A DNA stretch of 64,000 nt from Vicugna vicugna (Eukaryota). Shown piece after piece: positions 39,621 to 54,720 of this stretch; positions within the stretch are counted from its first letter, which is position 1, and each line of letters opens with the position of its first letter. The notes beneath the pieces were generated by a model. It was not told the DNA's origin. It saw only the letters and a program-made list of their open reading frames with translations, and did no database searches. The position numbers were made by a program, and so were the translations under genes. The stretch lies in NCBI GenBank assembly GCA_013265495.1, contig MU058226.1, positions 582,741 to 646,740 of the forward strand. Direction: 5' to 3'.

Positions 39621-41288
39621 GGCTCAGAAGCAGAACGGGAGACGGAAAGAAAGGCAGAAACCAGCTGAGGAGAGGGCTCCAGGGTAGGGCTGCCTCTGTG
39701 AGGAGTCTGAGCAGGTATAGAAATGAGAGTCTGGGGGAGGGGAGCAGGGAGAGGGCTGGGTGGGCCTGGGGGAGGAGGACAGAGAGCCTGACTCCCAGGC
39801 CCCTCCCTCCGATACTGATACTCTCTCTGCAATACCACTGAGCAATTAATTGGCTGGGGTGGGGCCAGGGTCAAAGCAGGATGGAGGGGAATGCGATGGA
39901 GGAGGAACCGCCCCCCTCTTAGCAGATCTCAGGGCTCTGGTCCTTCATCCTTTAGGGACCTGGGAGTCTGCTGACCCTCCTTTACCTTTTTTTTTTTCTA
40001 TTATAGACAAATCTATTCACAGTATGCTTGACTACATTACATGTAAATTCATATGGCAAAAGAAAATGAATTAATACAGAACATAGGAAACTATCCCCCT
40101 CCCCATGTTTTAAAATGTGCTGCAATTTTCACGTTCAAAATTTTATGCATCTAAATCTAAAACAAAATTATATGGAATACTCTTAAGATATACAAACTGA
40201 TAATAATTGACTGTATTTTTTACTCTAATAGGAGCGAATGACCACATACTTGAACAAAGTTAAAATACTATTTCTTTATAATAAATGTGATGAATGATTT
40301 ACTTTACTTGTGTTTTTTCATTAGTTGATAAATATAATATATGCAATCCACAACCCAGGCACGAGCTGGCTGCTTCCTGTTCGCTCATCCAGGCCAGGCA
40401 GCCAGCTAATGGGCGGCAGGGCCACCACCTTCCCATTTAGTCTCATTAGCCTCTTGCTCACCCACTGCAGTCAGGGTCACCCCGGGGGAGGGGCTGTGAG
40501 TGGCCTGTGAGTAACCCAGGCCCAGCTATGACAGGGGTCCCCAGCCCAGGCCTGCCCCTGGGCTGAGGCCCTGGTGTCTAGCACCTCGCCTACTGTCCCT
40601 GGAGCACCCCCCGGAAGGGAGAGGTCAGGGAACTGGTTTTGGAGTGCAGACTCTGAAGGCACACTCACTGATGGAGCACATTATAGCTGTGGGCAGTGAC
40701 AGCAGTGGGGCACTCAATTTGGGGTGCAGATATTTATATCTGGAGGAGAACAGCGGAGGGTGAGTGATGGATGGGTCCCAAGGAGAAGGGCAGATCTAGA
40801 GGCTGTGGATGGGAACCCAGGTGGGGTTAACCACGTGGCGGGGCTGGGGGCTGCAGCAGGTACCTGGTGTGGAAGGGAAAGTTGAAATGCCCATGTCTTG
40901 TGCATGGAGGAAGGATAGGGAGTCAGGCAGGCCAACCCTGGGGAAGGCAGGAGAGTGAGGGAGCCAGGCGCCTGGGCCCCTTGGTGAGAGTGGCCGCCCC
41001 AGAGTGGGCGGCTGTAGAGGCAGAGCGCCTGGTTCCGAGTTAGGCAATGAGGGGCAGGCCAGCCAGGTGGCCCCGGTACCCCAATGGCAGCCATCTCTGC
41101 TGCTGAGTAGGCAGATGCTCGAGCTGATTACTTCGGCTCCTCCCGGCCACACCAACTTCCCCCAGGCACCTATCCCTCCGCCTCTCCTCCCCTCCCCACA
41201 TGACTCCTGCCCAGAGAATGTCCAGCCCTGGCATAAAGGCCCTGGGTGTCCACGAGTTGCTGTCAGTCAGAAGGCCACAAGGTCCAAG

Positions 41289-44200
41289 ATGGGCTCTTCG
41301 AGAGCATCCCAGATAGGGCGTGTGGGAGGGCGAGGTATGCTGGCTCTGCTGCTGGCCGGTCTCCTCCTGCAAGGTAGGAGTGGGGGACCCTGGGTGCAGG
41401 GAGACTGGTGAGAGAAGGGAGGGAGGGATGCAGACACTAGGTCCAGGAATGCTGGAGGGAGCTGGTGTTGGGAGGGATGCCACTGTGTGAGGAGCATCCT
41501 GGAGGGGACCCAGTCAGCTGGGAGGGGGCAGCTCTGAAATCTGATGCTTGAGTCTGGGGTTTGCTCGTCATTGCCTTGGCACCTCAGGCAAGTTAAAATT
41601 TCTGAGCCTCAATTTCTTCTTCTTTTTCTTTTTTTTTCTTTTTTTAAGTTTGTACTTATAAAACTTTATTGTCTTAATCCATTTATTATCACCCCTTTGA
41701 AACTTAAGCCCTGCAGTGTAGTCTCAGTTGCACTGGTGAGCCCTGAGTGACAGGTTCACTGCTTTACGGCCGGACAGCCTCTGTCCATGGTAGACGATTG
41801 TTTGTAGTGGGTTTTGCTCTTTTCTGAATGACTGTAACAAAAGTCTTAGTTTGGCTGAATAACTTATTTTGCTTCGTCCACTAACTTGCTTTATCCTAGC
41901 TGAGCTTTGCTATTCAAGAGCAGGAAGCTCCGGATTTCTGCTTCTGGACAAGTTTGTTTATGAGCCTTTCCCACCTCCACTACTGCTTTGTCTCCCTTTA
42001 CAAGTTTCTGTGGTGTGTAAATCTGGTCATTTTTACTGACCATTACTGCAGGCCGAATTCTTCCCTATAAACCTAGAATTTTGTAATCTGGGTGAGCCTC
42101 TGTTTCTGAAATTCTAAAGTGAGGTAAATGTTAGCATCTAGCTGCCGCTTCTCTGTGAGTCTCTAATTAAATAATGGATGTGACAGTGCTTTGGAAATTC
42201 TAGAGGGTTATATAATGTTGGTGGTGGTTGTTATTATTAGAATTAGTATTATTATTAGAGTGCTAGAAAAGTGCATGTTTAATACTCATAATAACTGCTA
42301 CCATTCATAGAGCCCCTTTAATGTGCCAGACACTGAACTAGCACTTTAAATACATCAGCCCTTTTGATTATTAGAAGAACGACTTGAGAGATTTCTTATT
42401 CTCTACACACGAGGACACAGGGGTTTGGAGAGGGTGGGAAACTGACTCAAGGTCACAAGTTAGAAAGCGGTTAAGCTGGGATCCAAACCCCAGGCTGGGT
42501 GACTCCAGGGCCTGTGCTGTTGACACTGGTGACCTTGCCCGTGGCCCCCCAGCAGGCTGTGTGGCTTCCAGGGAGTAGAGGGGACAGCGGGGGTGCTAGA
42601 TGATTTGTGCAGCTGAGTGGAAGGGGCTGCAGGCAGAGTTGGGGGTTGGTGTGGAGGTGGAAGCATGGAATTTCTTTTTAAGAGTGGGGACTTCACAGAT
42701 TGTGGAGAGCTGGTTGTAGGCGGAGGGGTCTAGGAGGAGTGGCAGTAATAAGTCTTAGTGGCTAGTGCTCTATGTTTTTGTAAAGAACCTTCTGCAGAGA
42801 TGATCACATTTAGTGGTCACAGTAACACCGCGAGGGAGGTAGGGCAGATCCGGCCTCTCCAATGTACAAGCGAAGTATGTGGCTCTGTCCACGCCCCTGG
42901 GGGCTGAGGGGGTTGAGGTGCAGAGCAGAGGGAGCATGGGGGAAAGTGAGCCTGGGTTAGGAGCAAAGGGTCAGTTCAGGAAAGAAGTAAAGGCAGGAGT
43001 GACCAGACGTGGGCCTGGGGACAGGCAGCTGTGTGCTGGGATGACTGGGCGGGGAGAGAGGGCAGTAGAGAGAGGCCAGTGGCCTGGGAGGAAGGTTTCA
43101 TCCCGCGGTCCCTGGGCTGGGCCAGGAGAGCAGGGGTGGCTCAGGGTGAGGTGTCTGGTCATGCTGGTACCAGCAGGTTCTGAAGCAACAGTGCATGCCC
43201 CTACATCCTGGCCCCCACCCATCTTCCCTGGCATGGGCAGTGCTGAGATGGGAAACAGAATTCCCATCCTTTACCCAAGCCTGGCCTCTCGAGGGGAAGC
43301 CAGTGACCATAGTCCTCAAGTGCCCCCATCCTTCACTGCAGTCCCTCTGTCCCTGGCTTTCTCTTTTGTCAGCCTCTCTTTGGCTGTTTTTCCTGCCTTC
43401 TCAGTCATCTGTCCTTTTGTCTCATCTCTCCCCCTTCCACTTGGTCCCACAGTCTGGCTGGGATTTCTTCCCTTGAGATTTATGCCTCCACCTCCCAGAG
43501 GTTGTCCTTTCTTTTAGACCTCTTTGTTTCTGCCACTTCTCTGTTCCCTCTTATCTTCCTCTGAGGCCTCCTGCTTTGGAGCCTCATTTTCTTTTTCTCT
43601 GGTAGATGATTGTCTTCCTTCCCACCTCTCCTCTCCTGCCATCTCACTTTCCTTGATTCCCTGGGCTCCTCTCGAGAGAGACCAGAGTAGCAGATGACTG
43701 AGGTGGGCCTGAGAGGGGAGGGAGACAGCCCAGCCTCTCTGGGCCTTACTAACCACTGTTTTCCTCCCTAGGGACCATGGCCAAGAGCATCGGGACCTTC
43801 TCAGACCCCTGTAAGGACCCTACACGTATCACCTCCCTCAATGACCCCTGTCTCCTGGGGAAAGGTGGCTCCAGCAGTTCCAGCAGCTCCGTTTCCAGTT
43901 CCAGTGGCTCCAGTGGTGGCTCTAGTGGCTCCAGTGGCTTCGGTGGCTCCAGTGGTTCCAGTGGTGGCTACAGTGGCAGCTCCAGTGGCGGCTCCAGTGG
44001 CAGCTCCAGTGGCAGCTCCAGTGGTTCCAGTGGTGGCTCCAGTGGCTCCAGTGGTGGCTCCAGTGGCTCCAGTGTTGCTCATGGTGGTTCTTCAGGATCT
44101 TTGTTATTTAAGCCGGGAACAGGGTATTCCCAGATCAGTTACTCTTCTGGATCTAGCTCTAGTCTACAAAGTGCCTCTGCCTCCTCCCACTCGGGAAGCA

Positions 44201-45237
44201 TCAGCTCCCAGTCGGGAAGCATCAGCTCCCAGTCTGGAGGAGGCTTAAGTTCTTCTGTTTCCCAAGCCTCCTGGTTGTCCAGCAGCAGTGGCCAAAAGGT
44301 CAACTCCAACCAGCGCCCCTGTAGTTCTGATGTCCCTGACTCTCCCTGCAGTGGGGGGCCCATCATCACCAGCTCCCACTCCGTATCTGAGAGTAAAAGG
44401 CCTGTCGTAGTGGTGGTGGAGCAGCATGGCTCTGGTGGCCCCGGAGTCCCCTGTAGCAGTGATGGCCTTCCAGGGAAGCCCTGCCCCCCCATCACCTCTG
44501 TAAACCAATATGGCAGCTATGAGGTGGTGGGTGGCTCTTCTGACAGTTATCTGGTCCCAGGCATGACCTACAGTGGGGGCAAAATCTACCCCGTGGGCTA
44601 CTTCACCAAAGATAACCCTGTCAAAGGTTCTCCAGGGGCCCCCTCCTTTGCAGCTGGGCCCCCCATCTCTGAGGGCAAATACTTCTCCAGCAATCCCATC
44701 ATCCCCAGCCACAGCTCTTCAAGCTCTAACATCTACCAGTCGGGAGGTTCCTCGACCGTTGTGTTCCACCCAGTGGGCTCTGGTGGGGTCCGGCTCTGTG
44801 GTGTTGGCTCCAAGGGGCCCTGCTCCCTCCCTAGCTCTGGAGTCCACAGCAGTTCGAGCCTTTCCAGCAGTTCTGGTTCATCCTTCCATCCCTGTGGCGG
44901 TGTTTCCCAGGGGCCCTGCTCCCCGCCAGGCACTGGCTCCTTCAGTAGCAGCTCCAGCTCCCAATCCGGTGGCAAAACCATCCTTCAGCCCTGTGGCAGC
45001 AAGTCCAGCTCCTCCGGTCACCCCTGCATTTCTGCCTCCTCATCATTGAGTGGGGGTCCCGCCGGCTCTCCCCAACCTGATCCGTCAGCTGGTGCGAAGC
45101 CCTGTGGCCCCAGGAGCCCTGGAAAGATCCCCTGTCGCTCCATCCGGGACATCTTGGCCCAAGTGAAGCCTCTGGGGCCCCAGCTAGCTGATCCCGAAGT
45201 TTTCCTGCCCCAGGAAGAGTTATCTGACAGTCCCTAA
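41289..45237 (+). CDS. CDSN: Corneodesmosin, 516 aa precursor
   Basis: join(41289..41373,43772..45237)=1551 nt. Signal peptide MGSSR...[13 protein letters not shown], then [19 protein letters not shown], Gly/Ser loops, [46 protein letters not shown] at 41232; AATAAA at 45660, 46153 and 46160. Confidence 0.97.
43870..44075 (+). repeat. CDSN: Coding tandem repeat (9-12-nt TCCAGTGGY units) encoding the CDSN N-terminal glycine loop
   Basis: Roughly 20 degenerate [11 protein letters not shown] units. Confidence 0.9.
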
Positions 45238-45261
45238 GCTTTTGCCTATGCGTATGTGCAG

Positions 45262-45283
45262 ACACACACACACACACACACAC
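45262..45283 (+). repeat. (AC)n microsatellite in the CDSN 3' UTR
   Basis: About 11 AC units starting 25 nt after the stop codon. Confidence 0.95.
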
Positions 45284-47710
45284 CTCCCAGGTGGGTGAAG
45301 TCCAGGGACTCAGGCATGGGGTTAGCTCAGTTTGCCTTTTCCCTCCCAAGAGAGCTGCTCTACTTCTCCCATCACCCTGATGTGGCAGACTCCCTCTTAT
45401 CACCTGTTTTTTCCTTATCTCCCCAAATTGTAGACTCCAAATCCTTTTCCTCATTTTCCCCTACTGCTTAGATTCCCATTCTCCTGCAGTGCCCTCCCGG
45501 CCAGATACTCACTCCCTAGAATTTCCTCTGCCATTTCTTTGAGATGATACGGTCCATCTGCTAGCCCTACCCATTTGGATTCTTGAATAGGAAACTCCTG
45601 ATATGTCTGAGAGTAACTCTGATGCCTGGACAGGTCACCCCTCCTCCCCGGCTTTGCCAAATAAAGCACAATCCAAATGGTTATTTGGAGACAATGACCA
45701 CCTCTCACCGATTTCACTTCGCCATCTGGTCAACCAGTGTGATAATGCTATTGGGTTCTCACACTCCCTATTCCACTTCCACTCTCCATTACAGAACTCA
45801 TCACACCTTCTGTGAATTCCCAACACACCTCTTATCTCTCAATGTATCCATCTCAGTCCCCCTTCCTGGCTGTCACTTCCCTGAATGCTCAGATGCTCCC
45901 CCGTGTGTGGGAGATACCAGGGCATCTGCAGAGACTGGAGCAGGCTCCCTGTTCTCTCTGGATCCTGGACGGACATCTCAATACACTGTGTGACCTACAT
46001 GTAGACCTTTTGCCTTCGTGGAGTCCTGGGTCTCCCCTTACCACCTGGGTGATGTTCTCTCATGCCTCTAAAGGTTCCATGTTCCCCATTTTCATTTATA
46101 AGTTGGCCCAGTATTTCTCATATATCTTACAGTTCCTTCCACAAGGGAGGAGAATAAATAATAAATATTTGTTGAACTGAAAGCAAAGGTTGCCTAATCC
46201 TCCTAGATCCATCCTCCCACCTCTCCTCTCTCTCATTGCTCCAGGAAATCCATTCTGTCTCCACTCCCTATTCACCCTGAGGTCCTCCCCTCTTTTTATA
46301 TAGGGCCCTAATTACTTCTTCGCCTCCCCATGAGGCTCCTTCTCCTTTACCATTAGTTTGCCTCACCTCTGGATGCCATCCTCTCTGGGAGTCTGGAACA
46401 TCGATTTTCTGAGTTTCTGGGACACCTGGAACCTTGGGAAGGCTGGAACACAACAGCCTAGACCAGATTCCTGGTGACTGAGTAGGAGCCCAGGCAAGTG
46501 TTGTTCAGGGAGCTGTGGGTGGAGAGAGTAAAAGACAGAGAGGATGGAGGATGACAGTGTTTGCAGCCAAGCATGGTGACTCACCGGCCTACATCTAAAT
46601 GCCCCAGCCCATGGCAGAACAGAGCCAGCAGTGTCCTCTCCACCTTCACACTCTTGCTGCCTGTGCTGTGTTCTTGAGAGAGCACTGGCAGAGCTGAGGG
46701 GGCAGGGCCCTGGAGTGGAGAAGGGCAGGTGGCCTCCATGGGAGAAGACAGAGAAGGTGGACAGGGTGCGGAGGGCCATACAACCATGTCCTGGAGACAG
46801 GCCAGGGAGACAGGGAGGCCGAGGAAGTTCTCATACCCCAAGGAGGGGAGAGCGGGCTGTGCTGATCCCTATCAGAAGGACCTCACCCCAAACATAGGCC
46901 ACCTCTCAGAGCCTCTGCTTGGCTTCAAATGAACTGAACCCTACCCTAAGATTTAACTCATTCTCTTACTTGGATGTGTTAGCTGGTTTCAATTTGGACT
47001 ACTGTTGAAATTTGAAGTCCCCAACCAGCAGAAATGTATTACATTAACCAGAAGTGACCTGGAGCAGCTAAGCCAACCTGCAGGGTTGACTGAAGAAAGA
47101 AGAGGGCTCCAGATAGTCCTGTGTCTGTCATCACAGTGGAGTCACCCTTGGTCTGGCCTCTGGCCTCTGGACTGCAGCCAATGACAGGAATCCAGGCCCT
47201 TAGAGCCTCTGGGGCCTGAAATTGTGGGAGGGGTACAGCCTCAGATATGGGGATTCCTTTAGTTCCTGGTGTGATCCAGGTCAAAAGGTTTCACAAAACT
47301 GGTGGATATCACCCCAAAAGGCTGCTGCCCTGTGCCCAGTGGCCAGTTTTGGAGACGAACACTTCACTCTTCCAGAAGCCAGCCAGCAGGGGCTCGGGAT
47401 GAGGCTGGGATAGTAAAATCTAACAGCTGATATTTAGACTTCATGCAACAAGGGAAGCCTATTCTGGGTGCGTCCTGGACCCAACAGAGAAACAAAGGCA
47501 TTTAAACACTTTTCATTGTGAAAATTTCAAACATATTTAAGAGTAGACAAAATAGCTCATAAATCCCTATGCTCTCATCACCCAGCCTTAACAATGATCA
47601 ACTCTTGGCTATTTGACAACAGCGTTTCAATGCCTTCCTTCTACCTGGTTGGAAACATCTGCTCTGTATCCCTCAGTATCTTTTGGATGCGGTGGACATA
47701 TCTGACCATC

Positions 47711-48206
47711 TGTGGTAGGCAGAATGGTGCCCCCTACCTCCACCATCACCAGAGATGTTCATGTCCTGATGCCTGGAGACTGAACATATTAGGTTACACA
47801 GCAAAGGGAAGTTCAGGTTGCAGATGGAATTAAGGTTGTTAGTCAACTGACTTAAATAGATTATCTGGGATTATTTGGGTGAGCCCAATGTAATCACATA
47901 GGTCTTTAAATGCGAGAGAGGGAGGAAGAGGAGACCAGAGTGATGCAATGTGAGAAGATCCTGCTGTTTCCGCCTTTGACCATGGAGGAGGGGGACCATA
48001 AGCCAAGGAGTGCAGGTGGCCTCTAGAAGCTGGAAAATCAAGGAAATGGATTCTCCCCAAGGGCCTCCATAAAGGCTCTACCAACACCTCAGTTTAACCT
48101 AGTGAGACCCATGTTTGGTTTCTGATCTTCAAAATTGTAAGAGAGTCAATTTGTGTTGCCATTAAGTTTGTGGTTATTTGTTATAGCAGCCATGGGAAAG
48201 CAATAC
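47711..48206 (+). mobile_element. MaLR solo LTR (MLT1D-like)
   Basis: TGTGGTAGGCAGAAT...TTGTTATAGCAGC...AATACA with TG..CA ends and a near-perfect 5-bp TSD (CCATC/TCATC). Confidence 0.8.
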
Positions 48207-48736
48207 ATCATCTCTCAAGGAAATAAACCAGGTTTATTTCCCTACACACTGATTCTCATCTAGGAGCAGCCCCTCAGATGGCAGCCACTTCTGCAGCCCA
48301 GAACTTCCTGCAGGTTGAGGAATGGAGGCAATGGAGCTATGGGGATGCATGAGAAAGGGGTGCTGGAAGAGAAAGATCTGGATCCCAAAGAGAAAAAGAA
48401 TCAAGTGTTTCTATTGCTGAGAAGTCAGTGAAGCGGGACCCTAAGGTGAATGTCCTCGTGTGCTTGGGGTAGGGAGCCAGGGAACCAGTGGCAGCTAGTG
48501 GTGAGCTGTGAGCCAGGACACCTGGGTTAGGAAGGGGTGGGGAGCTCGAAGAAAGAGCAGGGTGGGAACACCTAGCTTCCTTGGGTCATTCAAGTGGCAC
48601 CTGTTGCCACAGAATGAATTAGGAATGGGGGTGGAATGTGGAGATTTATTGTCAACACAGCCACCGGATCGGCTTGTTTCTGATGTCCCCCGCCCCACTA
48701 ACAGGATAAAGGGCTGGCTGTCTCGGGCCGAGGGAG

Positions 48737-49941
<1,205 letters not shown>

Positions 49942-50186
49942 GGGAATGACAGAGTGGGAGAAAACCCTAAGGTAGAAGTCCGAGAAGGGAGTCCTGCTCC
50001 CTCCTCTTGCAGTGTGAGCGAAATCAAGACCCTATCAGCTGTTTCCTAGCACCACCCACACTTTCAGCTGCCTCTCCTGACTCCCCAGTGCCTATCTCCA
50101 ATAAAGCACAAGCATTTATGGAATCTGCTCCTTCTCAGTGTCTTTGTTTCTGGGTGTAAACTGAAGTGAGTTTTGTCCATCCCCAT

Positions 50187-50341
50187 TTTCTTTTTTTAAA
50201 ATTATTTTTATTATTTTTGGGGGGTGTAATTAGGCTTATTTATTAACTTATTTATTTAATGGAGGTTCTGGGGACTGAACCCAGGACCTTGTGCATGCTA
50301 AGCACGCACTCTACCACTGAGCTATACCCTTCCCCCTCCCC
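50187..50341 (-). mobile_element. Vic-1-like SINE with 11-bp TSD
   Basis: TSD TCCATCCCCAT at 50176-50186 and 50342-50352. Confidence 0.9.
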
Positions 50342-53164
50342 TCCATCCCCATCCTCCGACACTCTCTTGCCAACTCCATCTTTTGCAAAAGTTCAAAGCC
50401 CAGGTGTCTGAGGGTGGAGCCCACATAGTCTCACCTGGGCCAGGTGGGAGACCTGGTTCCAGAATTGTCCTGGAATCTGGAAAGGGGAGGAGGGGCAGCA
50501 GGACTAACTGAGATGCCACCTGTGGCAGAAGGGAAGGAAGTTGGTACCAGGGCCAAGTGGGGAATGAACACCCTTTGATTCACAGAGACACAGAGGGTCA
50601 GAGAAAGTCATTCTGTCTATGCTCATCTTTTCTTCCCAGAGAATCATGCTTCTTGGAAGCGGAGGATGCATTGATCTCCTCCCTTACACGCATCACTTGG
50701 TACATTGTGTCCCAGAGAACCACAGACTTTGGGCATTTGCGGAACAAATAGCAGACCTCAATAGAGGAAGAAAAGAAGGCATAAAGGGACAGGGAGAGAA
50801 AAACTTGGAACGAATAATCCTACCTGTGGCTGCATTTGATGCTTTTATTCCCAAATGATGACATAATCTCTCCTTTTGGTCATACTGCCTTCCATTTGGC
50901 TTTCCCAGGGGCTTGGCATCCTTGTTCAGGAGTTGAAGTGAGGTGGGGAAGGGTCATTCTAGGAAATGGAAGTTAACGGAAGCCGGCTGTGGGTGATGGG
51001 GTTTCCGAGGGTAAGCTCCTGGTGGCCGCCCAACGTCTTCCCCGTGCTGTGAGTGGACTTCACCAGACTGGTCCAGGTGTATATACCCTCCATATAGCCC
51101 CAGGTCCCGGGAGTTGGGCAGGTTGTGGGGGACAAAGGAGAAGGAGGATAAACACCAGAATTGGACGGATGGGGAGCCGTCTGCCTGAATGTGAGGTGTG
51201 TGTTCTCAGAGAAAATGCTCCTGTCTGGTGTCTGTCATGACGCTCCATCCTATGCTAAGAATTCCTTCATGGGACACCTTCCCATCACCAACCACATGGC
51301 TGTCTATCACCTCAACCTCTTCTCCCAATTCTTTCCCACTCTGGACTCTCAGTTTCTCTCTGTCCTGGGCCAGGCAGTTCTGTTTTCAGCCCCTGTCTCT
51401 TCCACAAGCCCAAGCTCATTCTCTTGGGCTTGGTCTCATTTCTCTGTTCTTCTTTCAGGCTGTCCCCTCTCCCTAGTTCACTCCTATTTGCACTTTAAAA
51501 TTCTGCATTGGCACTCCTTTCCTCTGTTCCCCACACACCCCAGAGCGCAAGCACCACTGGGAAGGGACTCGGTATTGTTCACGGCTGCACCCCCAGCACC
51601 ATGGATATTGTCTGGACACTGAGTCAATCAGTGCACCCTCTTTCTTTCTCCAACTCCCCCTGTTTTCTCGTCTTCCACCTTATTCCTGAGCCACAGGGCT
51701 GCACAAAGACTCCCATCTGTCCTGCTGCTGTGGCCTTCCCAGAACCTCACTGACCTCTCCCTACAAACTCCACAAAGCCCTTCTAAGCTCATAAATGCTC
51801 TGTACATGCCATCCTTGAAGTTTCCTGGATATCTGTGAGGAAGGTGTTGGTGTTGTAAGGTAAAAAAACAGATTTCTGCTCAGAGAGATTAAGCAACTTA
51901 CACAAGGTGACATAGCGAACAAGTGACAGAATCAGTGACTCAAACCAATTTTTTTTTCATTATCTGTCCAGGGTGTGTTCAAGGATAATATGCAATTAAC
52001 AAAAACCCATCTAATTTTTACTGAGTACCTACTATGTGCCAGACTCTGGACGAGGTGCTTTGACACACAGCTTTCCAGCTAACCCCCACAGCAGTCGCAT
52101 CAGGAAAGCATTGCTGGGCTCGTTATACAGGTGGAGTTACTGAGGCCCAGAGAGGGAAGTGAGCCAACACTGACAGAGGTAACTCTGAGCAGAGGGAGTG
52201 GAGTTCATCCTCTACTTGGTGCTGATGGAAGGCTCTGGGAAGCTGTGGTCAACCCCGGCGGAGCCCAGTCTTTGCTTTAAGGTCAGCTGCTGCTATTAAG
52301 GAAAAAAAGCGGAACTGGTCAGTAATCTGCGATATAATGAAAGTCCTAAGGTTTGCAGTGGGAGCTGCTGCTGGTGTGCTGAGTTTTATGTTTTTGTTAG
52401 TGGCTGACCAGGGGGAGTGGTGGCTGGAGTAGCAGGAGTCATTTCTCCCGTCCCAGGAGGGACAGTGCGGCAGTAGAAAGAGCCCTTGTGTGGAAGTTAG
52501 TAGACAAGGATCCCCTTCCATGTGCCCACACAGCCTTCTCTGCTGTGTCCACATAGGCTGGTCATTTACCTCTGTGGACCTTAGTTTTCTCGTCTGTAAA
52601 ACAGAGTAAAAGCAGATGTCTACCTCTCAGCATGGTCAGGAAGTTTAATTAAGAAAATGATAAACTGCCTGAGAGGCTGAAAAATGGAGCAGTTGTAAGA
52701 GCTTGATTATAACGCAGGACGTTGTCCCAGTGAGGCAGTCCTGGCGGCACCACAGACAAGGAGCGCTCTTAGCCCGCAGTGGGCTTGTCTCTGAAGAGGC
52801 CGAAGTTGACTTCACAGCTGATTGGGTTTTTTAAATTTTAATAATACATTTTATTAAACTTAATATTCCAAAATAGTATCATTTCAACATATAATCAATA
52901 TATTTTTAAAAAGATAAATGAGATTTTTTTACATTCTTTTTTTCCCATAGTAAGCCTTTGAAATCTGGGGTAAGTACAATTTTATACTTACGATGTATCG
53001 CAGTTGGGATGAAAAATTTGAATTGGAGATTATTGCTCTGTATCTAAATTTCAAAAATTTACAGTTGAAAAAAGTAAATTTGTAGACCTAAGGAATTCCA
53101 AACATACTTAAAAGTTTTTCCAATAATGGAATCGAGTATCAGTTTTAAAATTTAACATAGAAAT

Positions 53165-53310
53165 TAATGACATTATGCTAAGTAAAAGAAATCGGACACA
53201 AAAGGTCAAATATTGTATGATTCTATTTATATGAAATGTCCTGAATAGGTCAACCTATAGAGACAGAACATAGATTGGTGGTTGCCAGTGGCTGTGGAGC
53301 GCAGAGTCAG
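53165..53310 (+). mobile_element. L1M 3' UTR fragment
   Basis: gacattatgctaagtaaaagaaatcggacacaaaaggtcaaatattgtatgattctatttatatgaaatgtcc...agattggtggttgcca. Confidence 0.7.
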
Positions 53311-53317
53311 GAGGAGA

Positions 53318-53462
53318 GGGGGGAGGGTATATCTCAGTGGTAGAGCGCATACTCAGCATGCACCAGGTCCTGGGTTCAATCCCCAGGACCTCTATTAAAC
53401 AAACAAATAAACACACACAGCTAACCACCCCCACCCCTGCCAAAAAAAAAAAAAAAAAAAAA
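53318..53462 (+). mobile_element. Vic-1-like SINE with long poly(A), inserted in L1
   Basis: tRNA-like head, ~22-nt A run, approximate TSD AGAGT(C/G)AGGAG. Confidence 0.85.
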
Positions 53463-54229
53463 AGAGTGAGGAGTAATTGCTCAATGCATATGGCGTCTTC
53501 TCACAGTGGACTGTTGAGTGCGGAATGATTCTTCCCCATGGGAATCACTCAAGAGAATCACTCCAAGATCAAGAAGGGAGAGTCAGCTTCTCATTGAAAT
53601 ATTTCATTCCTCAAACAAACAAACCTTCTTGCAGAGGTCTTTCACTTACACACTTGCTCTCGGGCGATGATAATAATAGCTTCCTTTCTTATATATTTAC
53701 CATGAACGAAATGTGTTGCAGGATTACCTCAATTCTCACAGCAATTCTAGGATGTATTTACTCTAATTATGTCCCTTTTACAGGTGAAGAAATTGAGGCT
53801 CAGCAAGGTTAGGTAACTCACCGAAGGTCACACAGCCAGTAAGAGATGGAGCTTGAGTTTGGTTCCACTTAGAAACTGCAAGCTCAGGTGGGCAAACTGT
53901 ACCGAGCAGGTGAAAGCGAGGTTCTCCAGCCCCTATAGCTTAATCGCCACCTGGAGTCCTTCCTCTGCCAAGTCCATTTTCACCCGTCTCCATGTCACCT
54001 GAAGACTAGCAGCCAGGTTTTGGTTTTGTCTCTCTCTCCAGACCAAGTGCCTACCTCCTGTGTTCCTCTTATTATTCCGTTGGAAGGTTGTCCCCTAGTG
54101 TCTTTTTCCACCTCTTTCTAGGTCGGCATTCTCCTTTTGCTGTCAGGAAACTGGTGAACACATCCAGAAGACCTTTACAAACCCATATTGTCACATGTGA
54201 GAGTGAGCACACCAGCCCTTGGGAAGGTC

Positions 54230-54720
54230 GGTCATACAACGTGTGGTCCTCTGTAACTGGCCTCTTTCACTTAGCACAATGTTTGCAAGGTTCAGCCATG
54301 TTGTAGCAGATATCAGTACTTCATTCCTTTTTATCATTGAATTCTTTTTCATTTCATTGTTTCATTGCATGGGTGCAACACTTTACTTATCCACTTATCA
54401 ATTGATGGGTAGTCGGAGCTGCCTCCACTCTTAGGCTATTACGAATCATGCTGCTACGAACATTTGTGTGCAAGTGTTTGTGTAGACATATATTTTCATT
54501 TCTCTGGAGTATATATCTTAGGAGTGGAATTTCTGGGTCATAAGTTAACTCCATGTTAAGCTTTTTGGGGAACAGCCAAACAGTGATGTTCCAAAGCTGC
54601 TGCACCATTTCACGTTCCCACCAGCTGTGTATGACGATCCCAATTTTCCCACATTCTTGTCAACACTTGTTATTATTTGTCTTTTTATTTTAGCCAGCTT
54701 AGTGGACGTGAAATTATATC
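54230..54720 (-). mobile_element. L1M (L1MB/MC-like) ORF2-end and 3' UTR fragment
   Basis: tttcacttagcacaatgttt...gaacatttgtgtgcaagtgtttgtgtagacatatattttcatttctct...ttccaaagctgctgcaccatttcacgttcccaccagc; minus-strand peptide LNMELTYDPEIPLL is L1 ORF2 C-terminus-like. Confidence 0.8.

Noticed and set aside
43801..44248. Repetitive ORFs (GATGATT..., VAAPVAAP...) and a CRISPR-like appearance
   Set aside because: Alternative frames and the antisense strand of the CDSN Gly/Ser repeat; no unique spacers, and the sequence is eukaryotic.
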